Assembly (NCBI GenBank): GCA_951406725.2
Contig: OX597834.1
Location: forward strand, 45,260,001 to 45,324,000
Source: Octopus vulgaris
Lineage: Eukaryota
Direction of reading: 5' to 3'
DNA: 64,000 nucleotides
The position numbers and the translations under genes are program-made. Each line of letters opens with the position of its first letter. The stretch's first letter is position 1. Below, in pieces: positions 1 to 15,573 of this stretch. Below the pieces are notes generated by a model. It saw only the letters and a program-made list of their open reading frames with translations, searched no databases and had not been told where the DNA came from.

Positions 1-190
1 AGCAGTTATAGCAGCAGTAGTGACAGTGGTGGTTTTGGATGCCGCTGGGGAGACACTGTGTGGGGACAGCGACAGATGTATTGGTGGTGGAGTTGGTGGT
101 AGCGACGGTGTGTGGGTAGAGATGATAGTGACGATAAGTAACAGTGTTGGTGGTGGTGGGTTCCATTGCTGGTGCTGTTCTGTGTTGGTT

Positions 191-285
<95 letters not shown>

Positions 286-1494
286 TTGTTGCACTCTACC
301 GATTTTAAGTTTATATTATATATCATACATGATGATATTGAAATTAACGTCGATTTTTTTTTCGTTGCTGTAGTGATGTTCTTTCTAGTTGTTTGCTGCG
401 TTGTTTTTCTTGTTGTTGTCGTATTGTTTTAGTAGTTGTTGTTGTTGTCGTCGTTGTTTCTGGTCTAGATAAGGAGATTACTGTCGCCAGCTTTGTCTAA
501 ACTCTCTTCTCTTCTCTCTTCCCATTCAAGACGATGATAGGAATTGGTATTCTTCATCCACCGAGCATCACAGCTACGACTACCATCACCACCACCACCA
601 AAATTACCAGCAACGTTGCTCTCATCCTTACCATGGCTGTACCTTCACCGCCAATGCAGTTGCTTAACCAGTTACCAGCATCACATCTTACTCCAACCAT
701 TCCATCACGGAAACCGTCCACATCACAACCAGCATCATCACCACTACCAACCTCAACAACATCGTTATCATCAATACCATGATCTTCATTTATTTCATTA
801 TAAACATTACCATCCTGCAATAGAAATAATAACAATCTACATCATCATCATCATTATCATCATAATCACCATCATCATCTTCATCATCATCACTATCAAC
901 GTCATTCTACTTCTCCTCCTCATCATCATCATCGTCATCATTATAATCATCAACATTATCATCATCATCGCCATATACAGCTTCATCGTCATTCTCATCA
1001 TCATCATCATCACCACCATCATCATCATCATCATCAACATCATCATTACCACCACCATCTGCACAACCAACATCGCCACTGTCACCACCGCTTCACCGAC
1101 CCCCCCCGAACCCCCCCACCCCAATATTTAACATTTGCTTTGAAGTGATTTTCATGAGAGTAACACGCCATACATTTCGTTACAATTCGAAAAACATAAC
1201 GGTCATTAAATAATACGAAAAAACAAAAACGAAAACAAAAAAGAAACTTTTGAAACAAAAAAAATAATATAAACAAATATAAAATGATAAAACGAAATCA
1301 ACAAAAAAATAATTAGAATTTAAAAATTTAACAAAGGGATAATTCGCAACCCGCTTTAATGAATTCAATTTATCATCATTTTTTTTTGTAATACATTTTT
1401 TAAACTAATAAGAATACTAATATAAAAAAGTAATACCAACAGCCAACAGTAACAACAACAATAAGAGCCACAACGTCAGGAACAACATGAACAA

Positions 1495-1529
<35 letters not shown>

Positions 1530-1625
1530 GTGCTATTATTATAATTATTATTAGTAGTAGTATCAATATCATCATTATCATCATTATTATTATTGTGGTT
1601 ATTAACATCGTCATTATATGTATCG
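1..1625. repeat. Compound simple-repeat block: (GGT)/(TA)/(GA)/(GTT)/(ACC)/(ATC)/(ATT)
   Basis: Directly visible; overlapping ORFs are homopolymeric runs. Confidence 0.95.
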
Positions 1626-2164
1626 TGTTTAATGTTAATTTTTTGCGGCCTCTTGCGCCATGTTGGTTTGTGGTTCTAAGCTATGTAACAGTATGGTTTT
1701 CCTACTAATTGCTACAAGAAACCATTTCCTACATATGTGGCAATTTTTGGTGACTGTAGACTATTTCGTTTCTTCTGTCTGGTGGTACCTTCCGTAGTAG
1801 ACATGCCCTAGTTCCAAACTAGCAGTTATTTTGCATGCCACAAGTCCAGCAGCACTAACACCAAAACCACCAGCACCTCTCCGATTTTCAGCGGATGAAG
1901 GGCTCACCTTTTCTGCTTTTTATCTGCATAATATCCTGCATCCTGATAAATACTGGGCTCGAAGCAGTGGTAGCACCACACACCCACAAACACACACAAA
2001 TACACACACATGGGCACACACACACTCATTCGAAGTCCTCAATAACACACGAATTTTATGCGTCACGAGTATTTTCAATTCTTTATACAGATATATGTGT
2101 GAATGTGTGTGTATGTGTGTGTCTGTGTGTCTCTATGTATGAGAGAAGGTAAGAGAAGAGTCTT

Positions 2165-2480
2165 AATTGACGAGTATTATGCATATATGTATGGATGTAT
2201 GCATGCATGTATGTATGCATGCATGTATATATGTAAACATGCATGTATGTATGTGTGTATATGAGTATGTATGTATGCACCCATGTATGTGTGTATGCAT
2301 ACAGGCATGTATGTATGTATGCATGTGTGTGTATGTATGTATGCATGTATGCTTTGTATGCACGTATGTATGTATGTATTATGTTTGCATGTATGTATAT
2401 ATGTATGTATGCATGCATATATGTAAGTATATATGTATGCATGCATATATTTATGTATGTAGGTAGGTAGGTATGCATGC
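2165..2480. repeat. Degenerate (ATGT/ATGC)n microsatellite
   Basis: Directly visible. Confidence 0.9.
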
Positions 2481-2799
2481 CTGAAAGCATGGGTGTATAC
2501 GTGCACGAATGTACAATTTTGTCATTCTCTACTTCCGTTCACTTCAGCCATGCAACTACACAAATACTTTACTGGACGTTTCTGTCCTCGGAAACCCATA
2601 CTTCCGCCACCTTCCAGGGAAGAGCTATGCTCGAAACGTAATAAATAAAGTACGGCTATTTTCCTAACTTTATTGAGAATCAAATCAATCCATTCCATAT
2701 ACTCCTTTTGTAGTTTTGGTATTTACTATTTCTAATGTTCGATTATTAATATTCAATTTGGCTACATATGAATGTATGTATGTATATATAGATACATAG

Positions 2800-2870
<71 letters not shown>

Positions 2871-2884
2871 TATATCAAATATAC

Positions 2885-3030
2885 CAGTAATCCAGTAATT
2901 TTTTTTGTTACTTTACTTTGTCTTTTTCTCTTCTCTCCTAGTGCTGTATGAAAATTTAATGTGGTTTTGAAGTCAGGTTTTGGCTGCTATTTCCAGCGTG
3001 GTGGTATCTCTTAGATACCGTAAATCATAA
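2885..3030 (+). mobile_element. Interspersed repeat fragment, probable Penelope pLTR family; inverted homolog at 14630-14830
   Basis: tccagtaattttt...gtggtttt...ttttggctgc...gtggtat matches the reverse complement of 14640-14780; aagcagccaaaa is also shared with 42181-42192. Confidence 0.55.
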
Positions 3031-3944
3031 TTTTAACAATAATTATTACCTTTGAAGGTTTTTATTCCCATGCTGGCCACATGATAAGATCGATATTTAA
3101 ATAACGATCCTATCCTTATTCATATAAAATACACACGTATATATATACGTACATAACATATATATATGTATATATATATACATATACACATATATATATA
3201 TATATATATGTATGTATATATGCATATATTTACATGCATTATCTGTTTACACGCATAAGATCGAGTACAGACGCACACATGCACACATACACATATAGAT
3301 AACTATTTTATATTATACTGTACCATACTCATCTGTTATACACCACATCATGCTGATTCGAATAAATAGTATAACATAACGAGCAGATAAAATATACTTC
3401 TCTCCCAAAACTTCTTTAATTAGCTCTATTCAGATATTTAAGGAAGACCCTGGAGCGTGGGAGTGGGGAACACCTGTGCTGGGTCATGCAAATCTGCATC
3501 AGATTGTGAGTCTAATTAATGGTTACCATGGATCATGTGAGTTTGATCTAAAAGTTCAAGGTTGGCTATTTTATATTTCCTACATATTAATGCGGTATAC
3601 GTTTAACCATGCAAATAAAACAGATATAAAAGCTTTGGTTTACTATCTCAATATGTGCAAGTGCATGTGAGCGAATGTGTGTATTCTCGGACTTATATCT
3701 TTTCAGAATATTCTTAGAAAGTGCAAATTGGAATATACGTGACTTTGGGGATACTGAAATATTTGTAGATCTATATATAAGAAATTTACATTCGTAAAAG
3801 TACATGTAACTGTAGCACTTGAATATAAGCACACTTGCCATAGTATTTTGCGCTTCCATATATATTTAAACGCATTGCAGTATTTATCCACATAGAAAGT
3901 ATTTACAAAGAAGCATTTATTCATCAAGATATCTATACCCTTAT

Positions 3945-3968
3945 CTCTATCCATCTATCTATCTATCA

Positions 3969-4035
<67 letters not shown>

Positions 4036-4055
4036 CATCCATCTATCTATCTATG

Positions 4056-4109
<54 letters not shown>

Positions 4110-4110
4110 A
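3945..4110. repeat. (CTAT)n microsatellite
   Basis: Directly visible. Confidence 0.97.
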
Positions 4111-5321
4111 TGAAAAGGATTAATCTTGTTGAAAAGGTGGTATTAGTGGTGGGAGTAAGTTGCTAGGAAAACCTAGGCTAATTGTAAGTAAGGATAATCA
4201 TACAAAATTACATAGACCTAATAAAGAGGGCAAATGACGAGTAATATCTGTGTTTACAAGAAAGTATTATATCCGAGGCCCGAGAAACTTATAACGATTT
4301 ACTTCTGCCCTTTTAAATTTCTCGTTTGTACTCTGTGTAAATTTGATGTATTAGTATATATCTATATCTATATATTTAGACTTAAACATTCATCATCTCA
4401 AAATCGTCAGTTTGTGACTTCACTATTGCATGTATGCTTCCTGTATGCTGTCTGTTTTGCATGCATACATATATCCATATTTTGTTTATCGAACTGCGCC
4501 TGTTGTATTGAATTTGTTTATCAGATTAATTGCCTCTTTGTGTGTGTGTGTGTGTGTGTGTGTTGTTCAAATGTACAAAGACAAAAGACAAAGATAAGTA
4601 ATGGGTCAAAAGACAAGGTGAAGTAGTTTGACGCTCAAGAAAAAACGGAAATGTCTTTGACTTTTGGAGCCTAAGCTCCTCAAAAAAGAAGAATGAGGAA
4701 AGGAAATGGAGACAGAAAAAAGGACAGAGAAAAGAAAAACGTGTCCAGATTAACGATTCCACAATCCATATACGTATATCCTATCCGCAATCCAGTATAT
4801 TGCAATATGTTAGGGGAAGCACACATGCTTTATATCAATGAATTGGCTAATTCTGTCTTCTATATGCATTGGGTTCTGTTTCATCTAACGCAGGGTAACA
4901 TGTGCTGAGGAATATACTTTACATAATATGCATTGAACTATCTGAAACACACAGACACATGTCTTCAGGTATATCATGTAGGATCGCATGTGTATGGCAG
5001 TATAAGTCTAAAGATTTATGAGCGTGTGTTTATATCTATGTATGTAGATTTATGTCAAGTAAGTTCACAGTGCAGCAACATTTCAATTCATTCTTTTCAT
5101 ATATATATCTGAAATAACACATCCATTCTTATATATTTTCTGTCAATTTATGAATTTATTTGTCTCTTTATCTTCATCCATCTATCTGTCAGTCTGTCCG
5201 TCTTTCTATCTATTTATATCTATTCATCTATCTGCCTCTCTGTCTCGCTGTTTATCTGTGTCAATGTATCTATCAATCTCTACTTTCACTTATCTATATG
5301 TCCACACACACACACGCACAC

Positions 5322-5353
<32 letters not shown>

Positions 5354-6561
5354 ATGTTTGTCTATTTACCTTATTGCATATTTATCAACATATCTATCTA
5401 CCTATCTATCTAGTTCACTATCTTCTGCACAGCCTATGCATCTGCCATCATAATTTCCATTCCCTTTCTTTCTTTCTTTCCTTCTTTCTTTCTTTCTATC
5501 TTCCTTTCTTTGAAGGGGTCCGTTAGCAACCTCATTTCGAAACATCAATGAGACGATATCGTTTGATATCATTGCATGTTAATGAAATCATGTAACATGG
5601 CGGCTCTGTGGTATGATAGGATATCTGATAAAATCCAATATAGCAAAATGTTATCATATAATGTAATAAATGACTACGTTATATCTCTGTGACTATAAAA
5701 TAAACCAAGCCAGTCCTACATTAACACATAAAGATCTAATATCTCATAGCAAACATTTGAAGGATAATTCTTACAGATAACGTTAGTTACTGTTCCTCTC
5801 TCGTAACACGAGACTCAAACAATTGCGTTGGAGTTGATATCGAAACTAGATTATATCTGTTACCAATCGGAGTACCATAGATAGTCACGTGTTGCAGGTT
5901 TTCTACTTGCAAGCCAAATGAAATAAAAAATAACACAGATTTTAGGGAATTTTACCCTATAAATGGATTCAAGTTTTTTCTTGTGATCATATTCTAAGTT
6001 CTTCAGAGTAGATTTCGCTCTAGCGGAATATATTTAAACAGAAATGTACTAAGAAAAATAATTCACAGTTGTCAGTGATCTGTATTTCAAAGACGTAGAC
6101 AGATGCAATAGAACATACATCTTTGGTCTTTTTAAAACTCCCCTCCACTTCAAGTTGATGTGTCATCATTACCAAATAGCAATGGAGACCAGTCCACTTG
6201 TGAAGGGGAAACAATTTCATGTTCGTATTGGAGCTTCCAACGTGAATGCCAAGCAGTGCAGTATGTTCTTTCCAAATTTCTGACAGAATGAATTGCGTTA
6301 TGGTGCTGTTTTTATCACAGACGATGCCAAACTGACCCTACTATATTGTGTAATCGAAAATCAAAAATCGAAATAAAAAACAAACCGCATGTGCGAAATT
6401 AGAAATACAAAATGGTGAGAATTTACCCATCGCAGTCTGTATAGATTTATATGTATATATATAAATATATATGTGTGTATATAGAGTGAGAGTGGGTATG
6501 ACAAACGATAATAGGCAAAGAGATAGTTGGATAGAGAGGTATATATACATAAAATTAAAAT

Positions 6562-6803
6562 AAATAAATGCGCCCTTTTAAAGCCTAGCCAGGCTCATGG
6601 GCCCCGTTTCCCGACTTCAATGGCGTATGTGTTCCCCAGCTGGACGGAACGCCAGTCCATCGCAGCGTTACTCATCTTTGCCAGTTGAGTGGACTGAAGC
6701 AACGTGAAATGAAGTGTTTAGCTCCAGAACACAACTCGTCGCCCGGTCCAGGAATCGAAATTACAATCTTACGATCATGTTGCTGACACTCTGGCCATAA
6801 AGC

Positions 6804-6808
<5 letters not shown>
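6562..6808 (-). mobile_element. tRNA-derived SINE, near full length (CORE-like middle, V-domain-like ctgcgatggactggcg segment)
   Basis: Minus strand has an A-box-like gtggctttatgg, a B-box-like ttcgattcc, then ttgtgttctggagctaaacac and gcgatggactggcgttccgtccag; related fragments at 15184-15290, 23571-23675, 43605-43748. Confidence 0.8.
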
Positions 6809-6841
<33 letters not shown>

Positions 6842-7039
6842 ATTTATAGACAGATAGACAGATATCATTAGGGAGGTATATATATATATAGATTATTGAA
6901 TATATACATCTATGTATATATGTGTGTGCACCCATAACATCTACCCGCATAACACCTCTGACTGCAACCCGCTTATACATGCGTATATGCGTGTTTTGTG
7001 TGTGTGTGTGTATGTGTGTGCGTGTGTGTGCGTTTGTGT

Positions 7040-7164
7040 GAAGATAGATAGATAGATATATAGATAGATAAATAGATAGATAGATATATAGATAGGTAGA
7101 TAGATAGATAGATATATAGATAGATAGATAGGTAGATATGTATATAGATAGATAGGTAGATATG

Positions 7165-7221
<57 letters not shown>

Positions 7222-7226
7222 TGATT

Positions 7227-7293
<67 letters not shown>

Positions 7294-7322
7294 GGATGGA
7301 TAGATAGATAGATGGATAGACA
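7040..7322. repeat. (GATA)n microsatellite
   Basis: Directly visible. Confidence 0.97.
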
Positions 7323-7790
7323 GACTGAGAAGAGTACAACATTGTTCTGCGTCTGTAGATATTCCAGTTTCGTGCCTTACAGAATTTGTGTTTTTATGTT
7401 ACAATCGGAGTGTCCGTGGGGGATTTCACATCGACGAACAAAACCAAAGAACATTTTGACAATGCTGCAAGAAATTAAGAATGAAATTCTCTGATTGGTC
7501 TTGACCTGCATTGCTCTGCCGATGTAGCAATTACAACGAATTACTTAAGAAATACAAAAATGAAGGGAAATTTCTTGCAATAGCCGTATGCATATAAAGT
7601 GGTAGCATGATTACAATAGCAGTAGGTAAATTACGAGGCTAATGTATTATTATCTGCCACTGCTGATAGAGATATTCTCCAAAAGATTACACATAAAATC
7701 AAACGCAAGCATATGCATATTACAAACAGACAAGAAACCTATGTACATATATGCTTGTGTATATATATACACATATACATACATACATGT

Positions 7791-7845
<55 letters not shown>

Positions 7846-7966
7846 TGTATATATATATATATATATACGTTTGTATATGTGTAGGTATAGTCATTCATAA
7901 TTCAATATATTTATATGCAAATACATATATATACATGCAAATGTATTCACACGGGCATCTTTCACG

Positions 7967-8025
<59 letters not shown>

Positions 8026-9217
8026 ATTCGGACAGTTTATCATTTTGTTGACTTAGAAATTCCCATATATGTAGAGGGTGTGTTTGCACGCAAATGGCTA
8101 TGCGTAACTGTGTATGACTTCGTGTAAGTTTTTTGTGCAAGTATATATGTACGCACTTACGTATGTATATATTTTATTTTATGTCCTTGTGGTCCAATCA
8201 AAATGAGCGCATAAATGAAATAGATTAACCGTAATTATCCGAACACAAGTAATTGCCAGCGGCCATCTCATAATTCTGTTCCTTAACCGTTAAGTATGCA
8301 CTTAAATCAACAGTCAATTTATGCCAGTCTTTCATCTATTTCTCTCTCTCTATCACTTTATCTGTTTCTTCCTTCCATTTCAATATCTTTTGTTTTATTA
8401 CTCTGCATATTTCTCTCCCTCTTTATCTCTCTGTCTTTTCTATGTCTTATTATTAATATTTTTCTTCCAACTCATTCGCTGTTGTTGAAAATTTTTTAAA
8501 TTAAACGATAAGTATATCAACAAGATGATAATAAAAGAAACACGGCAACAACAGCAACAACAACAAAACGACAGCATTAACAACAATAAAATCCGAAGTA
8601 TTTTATACCCCAAGGGAAAAGCTTAGTTGTCGGTTGTAAGTAATTGAAACAAGCAAAACCAAGGACACCTACATTATTATATAAAACAACAAGAATGTTT
8701 TTATATTTTAAATTTTGTGATGATCAATTTGGAATTTATGAACAACGAGAAAGAAATTCTTCAATTAGTTCTTATAGGAATTTATGTGTCCACATTTGTT
8801 TGCGTGCGTTCGTGTTGTGTGAAGGGTGGGGCGACGCGCGTGCGTGTGGGTGCCTGTTTATGTGTGTGTGTGGTCGTGTGTGTGAGAGGATGTGTACACG
8901 TGTATTGTGTGTAGGTGTATGTGTGTATGTGTGTATGTGCAAACATAAGTATCTATGTATATATATATATATATATAATATGCATATGTGTGTGTGTGTT
9001 TGTAATTCCTGACTGCTTTAAATTTTTTCTCTCTGTCTGCTTCTCTATATAGGACGTTTATGCAAAGAAACACATATACAAAAGCAACCACACAGGGACA
9101 CACACACGTATATACACACGCATCTACGCATACATACACAAGAACTATATACATGCATCCATGTATTTATATCTTTACATGAGCTTTTGTGCATCCGTGC
9201 ATGCGTGTATGTATACA

Positions 9218-9256
<39 letters not shown>

Positions 9257-9319
9257 CTGTGTGTGTGCGTGTATGTGTATATATATATATGTGTGTGTGT
9301 GTATGTGTATGTATTTATG

Positions 9320-9362
<43 letters not shown>

Positions 9363-9411
9363 ATATATATTTATATATGTATATATATGTATATATATAT
9401 ATGTGTGTGTG

Positions 9412-9503
<92 letters not shown>

Positions 9504-9766
9504 CACACACACACAGATACAGATATATATGTTGCTATATTCATACATACTCCATATATATATAGACACAAAAAAAGAAATGATTTGAAATAAAATTCAC
9601 TTTGTGTGGTTTGCAAAAGAAGATGAATTATATTGCAGAAACTGTATCATATATAAGAGTGTACGAACAATTGCAACGTGATGAATGTGCTGTAGTCGTG
9701 TATTCTTTGCGTTTTATTATATTGTATGTATATATATATATATTTGACACACACACACACACACAT

Positions 9767-9812
<46 letters not shown>

Positions 9813-10427
9813 GCGTGCGCACACACTCACACACACACATATGTATATTATCTATTTATATATTCCTTTAATATATTTGAAAACGTGATGCAGCTATTAA
9901 ATTATGTTGCTATGCTAACATGTGGCTTATATTTTGTAAGGATTTTATTTGGATTGGACTCTTGTAGTTGCTTTTGTCCTTATCATGGTTGCCTTTGTAG
10001 CTGTTATTAGTAGTACTAGCTGTAACTGAAATAGGAATTTTATTATGGGAAATGTTGCTGGTAGGTGTGCCAGTGGTTGTGTTACTAGTAATATCACTGG
10101 GGATTGTAGTTGCGGTGGTGGTGAGAGTAATCATGGTGATACTGTCTGCAGTGTATGTATACATATATATTATTATAAAAATCTAACTTGAGGGAGCGTA
10201 ATATGTAAAATCCAGATTACATATGTTTTCCAGCTAGCAGATCCTCTGATCTAATAATTGCTCAGCGCGGGGTACTCAGCCAGTTATTCATCAGGCCGAA
10301 GATCCTTAACGACTATGCAACGTTCATACAATTAATGTACCTTCGGCCTTATGACTAGCTAATTGAGTATCCTTCGTTGTGTAATTATTACATCAGAGGA
10401 TTTCACCTGTCACACTTCCTCTATCTG

Positions 10428-10920
10428 TATCAACCAAATATGAACCATTTTGTTGCACAATGTGTCTCCATCTTTCCTTTAACTTGAAAATACCCTCTTC
10501 CCAGAATTGAGGTGGTTTCATGGCAAATAATTCATCAAGGTATCTTTTTACGTCATCTGAGGAAATGAACTTTGTACCATTAAGACTATTCTGCAGAGAC
10601 CTGAATAAGTGGAAATCTGAAGGAGCAATATCTGGTGAATATGGAGGGTGGGGTAACACATCCCGACCAAGCTGCAGCAATTTTTGTCTGGTTTCCAAAG
10701 CATCAAGTGCTGAAAATGAACTTCCTTATCTTCCATTTTAAAGGGTTACAGAATTAAGACAGGTTATAGGAACATAAACCTTCTTCCACGAAAAGATAGC
10801 TTGAACTATGCTCTAAATGGAAGTGTAGTCAAATCCTATTTTATGAACTCAACCATGTTCTAAAATAAGTCGAAAGTTAAGCTACTATAAATCGGCACGA
10901 ACTTTCCGGACAACCCAATA
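10428..10920 (-). mobile_element. Internally deleted mariner (Tc1/mariner) transposon remnant
   Basis: C-terminal transposase PHPPYSPDIAPSDFHLFRSLQNSL (YSPDLAP motif); N-terminal MEDKEVHFQHLMLW at 10736; 5' TIR TA-TTGGGTTGTCCGGAAAGTTCGTGCCG at 10920-10893; no 3' TIR visible. Confidence 0.93.
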
Positions 10921-11062
10921 TATGTGCATATGTTTGTATATAGATTCTTTTATGCATAGTATTTTGAGTTTCTTAAAGGAAAAGTCGTTGTTGCTTGCTG
11001 GTCTCACTGAATCTCCTGTGGAGTGAATTTGACAGAGTAAAGTAGAAAAAAATAATGTAATA

Positions 11063-11520
11063 TTGGTTTCAAACTTTGGTAGAAGGCCAGCAATTTCTGA
11101 AGAGAAGGAAGTTGTTTGTATAGATCCCTGTACTCATGTGGTGCTTGTTTTATCGACCTCGAAAGGATGAAAGAGAATGTTGATCTCGGCGAAATACGAA
11201 ATCAGAACTTAAAGATGGAGGAAATATCTCTAAGTATTTTTCCCAGCTTTCTAACGATTCTGCCAGCTCGGCGCACTAAATCAAATGTAAGATTGATTTT
11301 AAATTTGTCACAAGGCCTGCCAGTTCATAGGGTGGTGTGCATTAATTATATCGACCCCAGTGTTGAAATTGGGTCGATGTAATTTTACTCATTTTATCGA
11401 CTCCGGGACATTGAACGATAAAGTCGACTTCGGCAGAATTTGAACACAGAACGCAAAAATTGGTGAAATGCCGCTAAGCATTTTATCCGGCGTGCTAACG
11501 ACACTGCCAGCAACCGCCTT
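11063..11520 (-). mobile_element. Two tandem Meta-domain-like tRNA SINE copies
   Basis: Both match the reverse complement of 46994-47200 (tcgacc..gaaaggatgaaag...gaatttgaac...ctaacgattctgccagc). Confidence 0.85.
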
Positions 11521-12168
11521 AGAAATCAAACAGAATATTGCCAAGAAAATTGGCAATCGTGGTATGAAAATGATGCAGACATCTGCGACTCTAGATTTTT
11601 ATGACCCGTCTGATAACAGTGTGGTATTTTATTGCCTTCAGAGAAAAGACATCAAAGATTTTACAAATGAAGGACACGATCACGGCTATCGGATTAGACA
11701 GACAAACGGAAGTTAGTAAGCATATAAAACCATAGATTTATACAAGTTATGCAGGTATTTATGATGAGAACACAAGGTTTGAGAATCCAACATGGCTGTT
11801 TGCTACGCTTTCCATGTGCGGAGTTAAATTTCTCCTGATTATGTATCTACAAAAGAGGTTACATATATCATATTACACATTGGTACTGCGTAGATAAAAA
11901 CACCTGTTGACAGGCCTCTCATATTAAATATATTGTTAAACTCTTACTCTACGCAAATTAGTAACACCACTTCACTGCAGCAGCAGGACTTGCTCATTTG
12001 TTCGTCATGCTTTCATTGTACGGAGAAGTAGCCAGGTTAGCCCGGGTTGTATGTCTACTACGCATGTTAATGATGTATATATATATATATATAATACATA
12101 CACACACACACACACACACATATACATGTATATATATGTCTAAATATAAATATGTGTATATATAATAC

Positions 12169-12218
<50 letters not shown>

Positions 12219-12221
12219 CAT

Positions 12222-12254
<33 letters not shown>

Positions 12255-12339
12255 GAAAGAGAGAGATGCATATGTGTGTGCTTACATATATATTTATAAA
12301 TATATATATATGTGTGTCTGTATGTGTGTGTGTTAGTGC

Positions 12340-12372
<33 letters not shown>

Positions 12373-13308
12373 CGTGTGTGTGTGTAGATACATGTAAATA
12401 TATGTTCATATATATATACATATCTACATATGCATATACACACGCACATACACCCTGAAAAAGACATGCATATTGTACATGCCAGTCGTACATATGTCTG
12501 CACATACTTTAGTAGATATTATTGTCGAACAGAAATTACAATACACGAATATATGCATAGATTGACACACATGCGACTACACATACGTATATACATATAT
12601 TTACACACACGCTTACAGTAATGTACATACACAATGCATAGTTACATAATTGCATACATGTATATATAAATATATGTATATGTATGTATATGTATATATA
12701 TACACACACATATTCATTCATATCTACACGCAAATATAAACACTATGCACATACACATAAACATACATACATATATTACACATGTTATAATAAAGGAAAC
12801 CTTTTTTTGTTTTCACTATGAGACGTATATATATCGTAATTTTATGTATTTTCTGAAATCGTCTGCCATTTCTTTGATAACAAAAGCATTAATTTTTCGA
12901 CAGGAAATACACAATATCTTCACAATATGACTATGATATCCTTTTGTTCATTATCGTTTCTTTTGAAGATATTAAATATCTCAACATCTTAAGAATAACA
13001 GAATAACCTAGCTTATATTTTATTCAATATCTACGCACAAACACTCTCATACATTCACATATAAACACATATACACACATGCACACGCATGCATCAATAA
13101 TCATACAGTCATGCACATGTGTGTTTATAAAGAAAATGATAAAAGTATGTGTGTGCGCGTGTGTGTGTCTGGATGTGTGTGTTAATGTATGTATACGTGC
13201 ATACAGAAAACAGAAACACACAAACGTTTTGTGTGCATACAGGTTATATATATGTATATATGTATATATGCGTATACACAAAGACATATATATGTATATA
13301 TATATATA

Positions 13309-13385
<77 letters not shown>

Positions 13386-13938
13386 ATACACATACACAGA
13401 TATTTATAAATGTGTATTTATATATACATATTCTCATGTATCTTTATCGATATTTATATATACATATATACTTCTCTGTCCAACATGCATACATATATAC
13501 AAATGCATACATATATGTATATACATATGTATGTATGCACACATGTTAGGATTCACATATACAATGGATACAAACGTACATGTACAAGTGGTAAACATGT
13601 AAACATGGACATACCCGCTGCGTATTCCCTGATCACACATCGCCATACACTGCATGAAGATCACACTCTCATAGACATATTCACTCGCTCATTGTTTACG
13701 AGTCCACTCTAACACACACATACACATGAATGCATACACAGATACACACACATACACACATGCACATAAGCACACACATATTTATTCATTTGTATTTCTA
13801 AGTACGTGAGTGTGTGTGCGCGCGTCTTTGTAGCGGACGACTTTTCCTGACACAGCTGAAGAAGTCGTAGGGTCTCTCGGCACATCTTTTTCCTGTCACG
13901 TCTATCCATCTCAACGTTTCAGTTCGTTTTAATTTGAA

Positions 13939-14018
<80 letters not shown>

Positions 14019-14391
14019 CCATTGTTATCCTCTTCATCATTGTCTTCTAATTTGTTTTTGTTTCTTCTTCCCTCTTTTCCCTTTATGTCACCATATTTGA
14101 ATTGGAAACGAATGACGTAAACCGGATGTTCATTGAAGCAGATAGCTAAACATGTGACAGAACGAAACATTGAGAGTCTTCAAAAGTGTAATGAATTCAC
14201 ACAAAACGTGGATGTTTAGACATGTCAGACAGACTTTCATCAAGTAACAGGCGATGGAAAACGGTCTCCTCTTTCTTAAAGACATTTGCAAAAATTACGT
14301 GATTTCTGTTCACGTGAATGTGGGAAGTATTAAATTGTTTAAGATGGCATCAAATACGCAGGTGTCAGATGATTGCTATAAAGATTGGCGT

Positions 14392-14512
14392 GTTAAGCGT
14401 AAGCGCGAATGTGTTCTTACGATGGTTTGTGTGTGTGTGAGTATAGCTCTATGGTTTATAGATCGTTAGGTAGTCACGTGATTTTCGTTTTCGTTTTATT
14501 TCCACTGTTAGC
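14392..14512 (+). repeat. 121-bp exact direct repeat, copy 1
   Basis: Identical to 15574-15694. Confidence 0.95.
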
Positions 14513-14597
14513 TCTTTGGGTCTCTTCTACTATAGCTTCGGACCAACAGTGAATGTTTCAGTGAATATGGCTGACGGAACATCTGCCGCTGCCATTC

Positions 14598-14629
<32 letters not shown>

Positions 14630-14638
<9 letters not shown>

Positions 14639-14830
14639 ATTTAGGGTATCTACGAAATACCACCATGCTGAAAAAAGCAGCCAAAATCTCACTCTAAAAC
14701 CACATTAAATGGTTAAACCATACAGCACAAGGAGAGAAGACAAAAGGACAAAATAAACTAGCAAAAAATTACTGGATAATTCCAGATCCCTGATTTGTAT
14801 TAAGGGATGATTTGCCTCATCAGTGGAATA
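14630..14830 (-). mobile_element. Probable Penelope pLTR fragment with degenerate hammerhead core
   Basis: Minus strand ccaCTGATGAgg...atccct..agggat stem but no clean GAAA; homolog at 2885-3030; abuts (TA)n. Confidence 0.5.
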
Positions 14831-15573
14831 TATGCAGAAAGTAACATAAATACACACACACATATATCTATACATATAGCATACGAATACTTACATATAC
14901 GAACGTATATATACATATATATGCACGTATGCAACACGACCAGTTTAAATTGCCTGCCTTGTGACTCCCCGTGCAATACGGTTAAAACATCACCACAGTA
15001 AATACACTGACGAAATAAATTAAAAATTCGACGTTTTTGTTAGCTTGATATATATACATGCAGGTTCTATAAATTATGTTTGCTGGTGTGTAGATGCGTC
15101 TCTCGTGTATTACGCTTACGTTATTTAAGATGCTGCAAACACAAATTCTAATATGGCTACTTCGTAGAAGGGCTAACAATTTACAGCGGAGCGGACTGGG
15201 GGAACAGGAAATGAAATGCTTTTTCTCTAGAACCAACACACATCCGGTCTGGAAATCGAACCCACAATCTCATGACCATTGATTGACACCAGAGTAGATA
15301 ATGTTTTTTTAAATATACATAACATGCATATATAAAAGAATGGTTATATCTGCAAGATAACAGAATGCGTGTATAACTGAGTTACGTGCCTATAAATGAG
15401 GAATAAGAAAACGACAGAAGATCGAAGGAGAAAATGAACGGTTAGCGCCAAGAAGAAAAAGGATATAATTTAGTGCGTAGCTTAGCTCAATAGAGAAGAA
15501 GTCTTTCTGGGCATCGAACGCGTTTTATTAAGTGAAAAAAATAAACATAGAAGAATTATGGTGACAAATTCGG

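Noticed and set aside
10215-10400. Minus-strand CTGATGA near 10294 and GAAAAC-atat-GTA near 10225
   Set aside because: I could not build consistent stems I and II, so it is not counted as a hammerhead.
10393-10698. ORF as a host SETMAR gene
   Set aside because: No SET domain; adjacent TIR and internal deletion indicate a transposon remnant.
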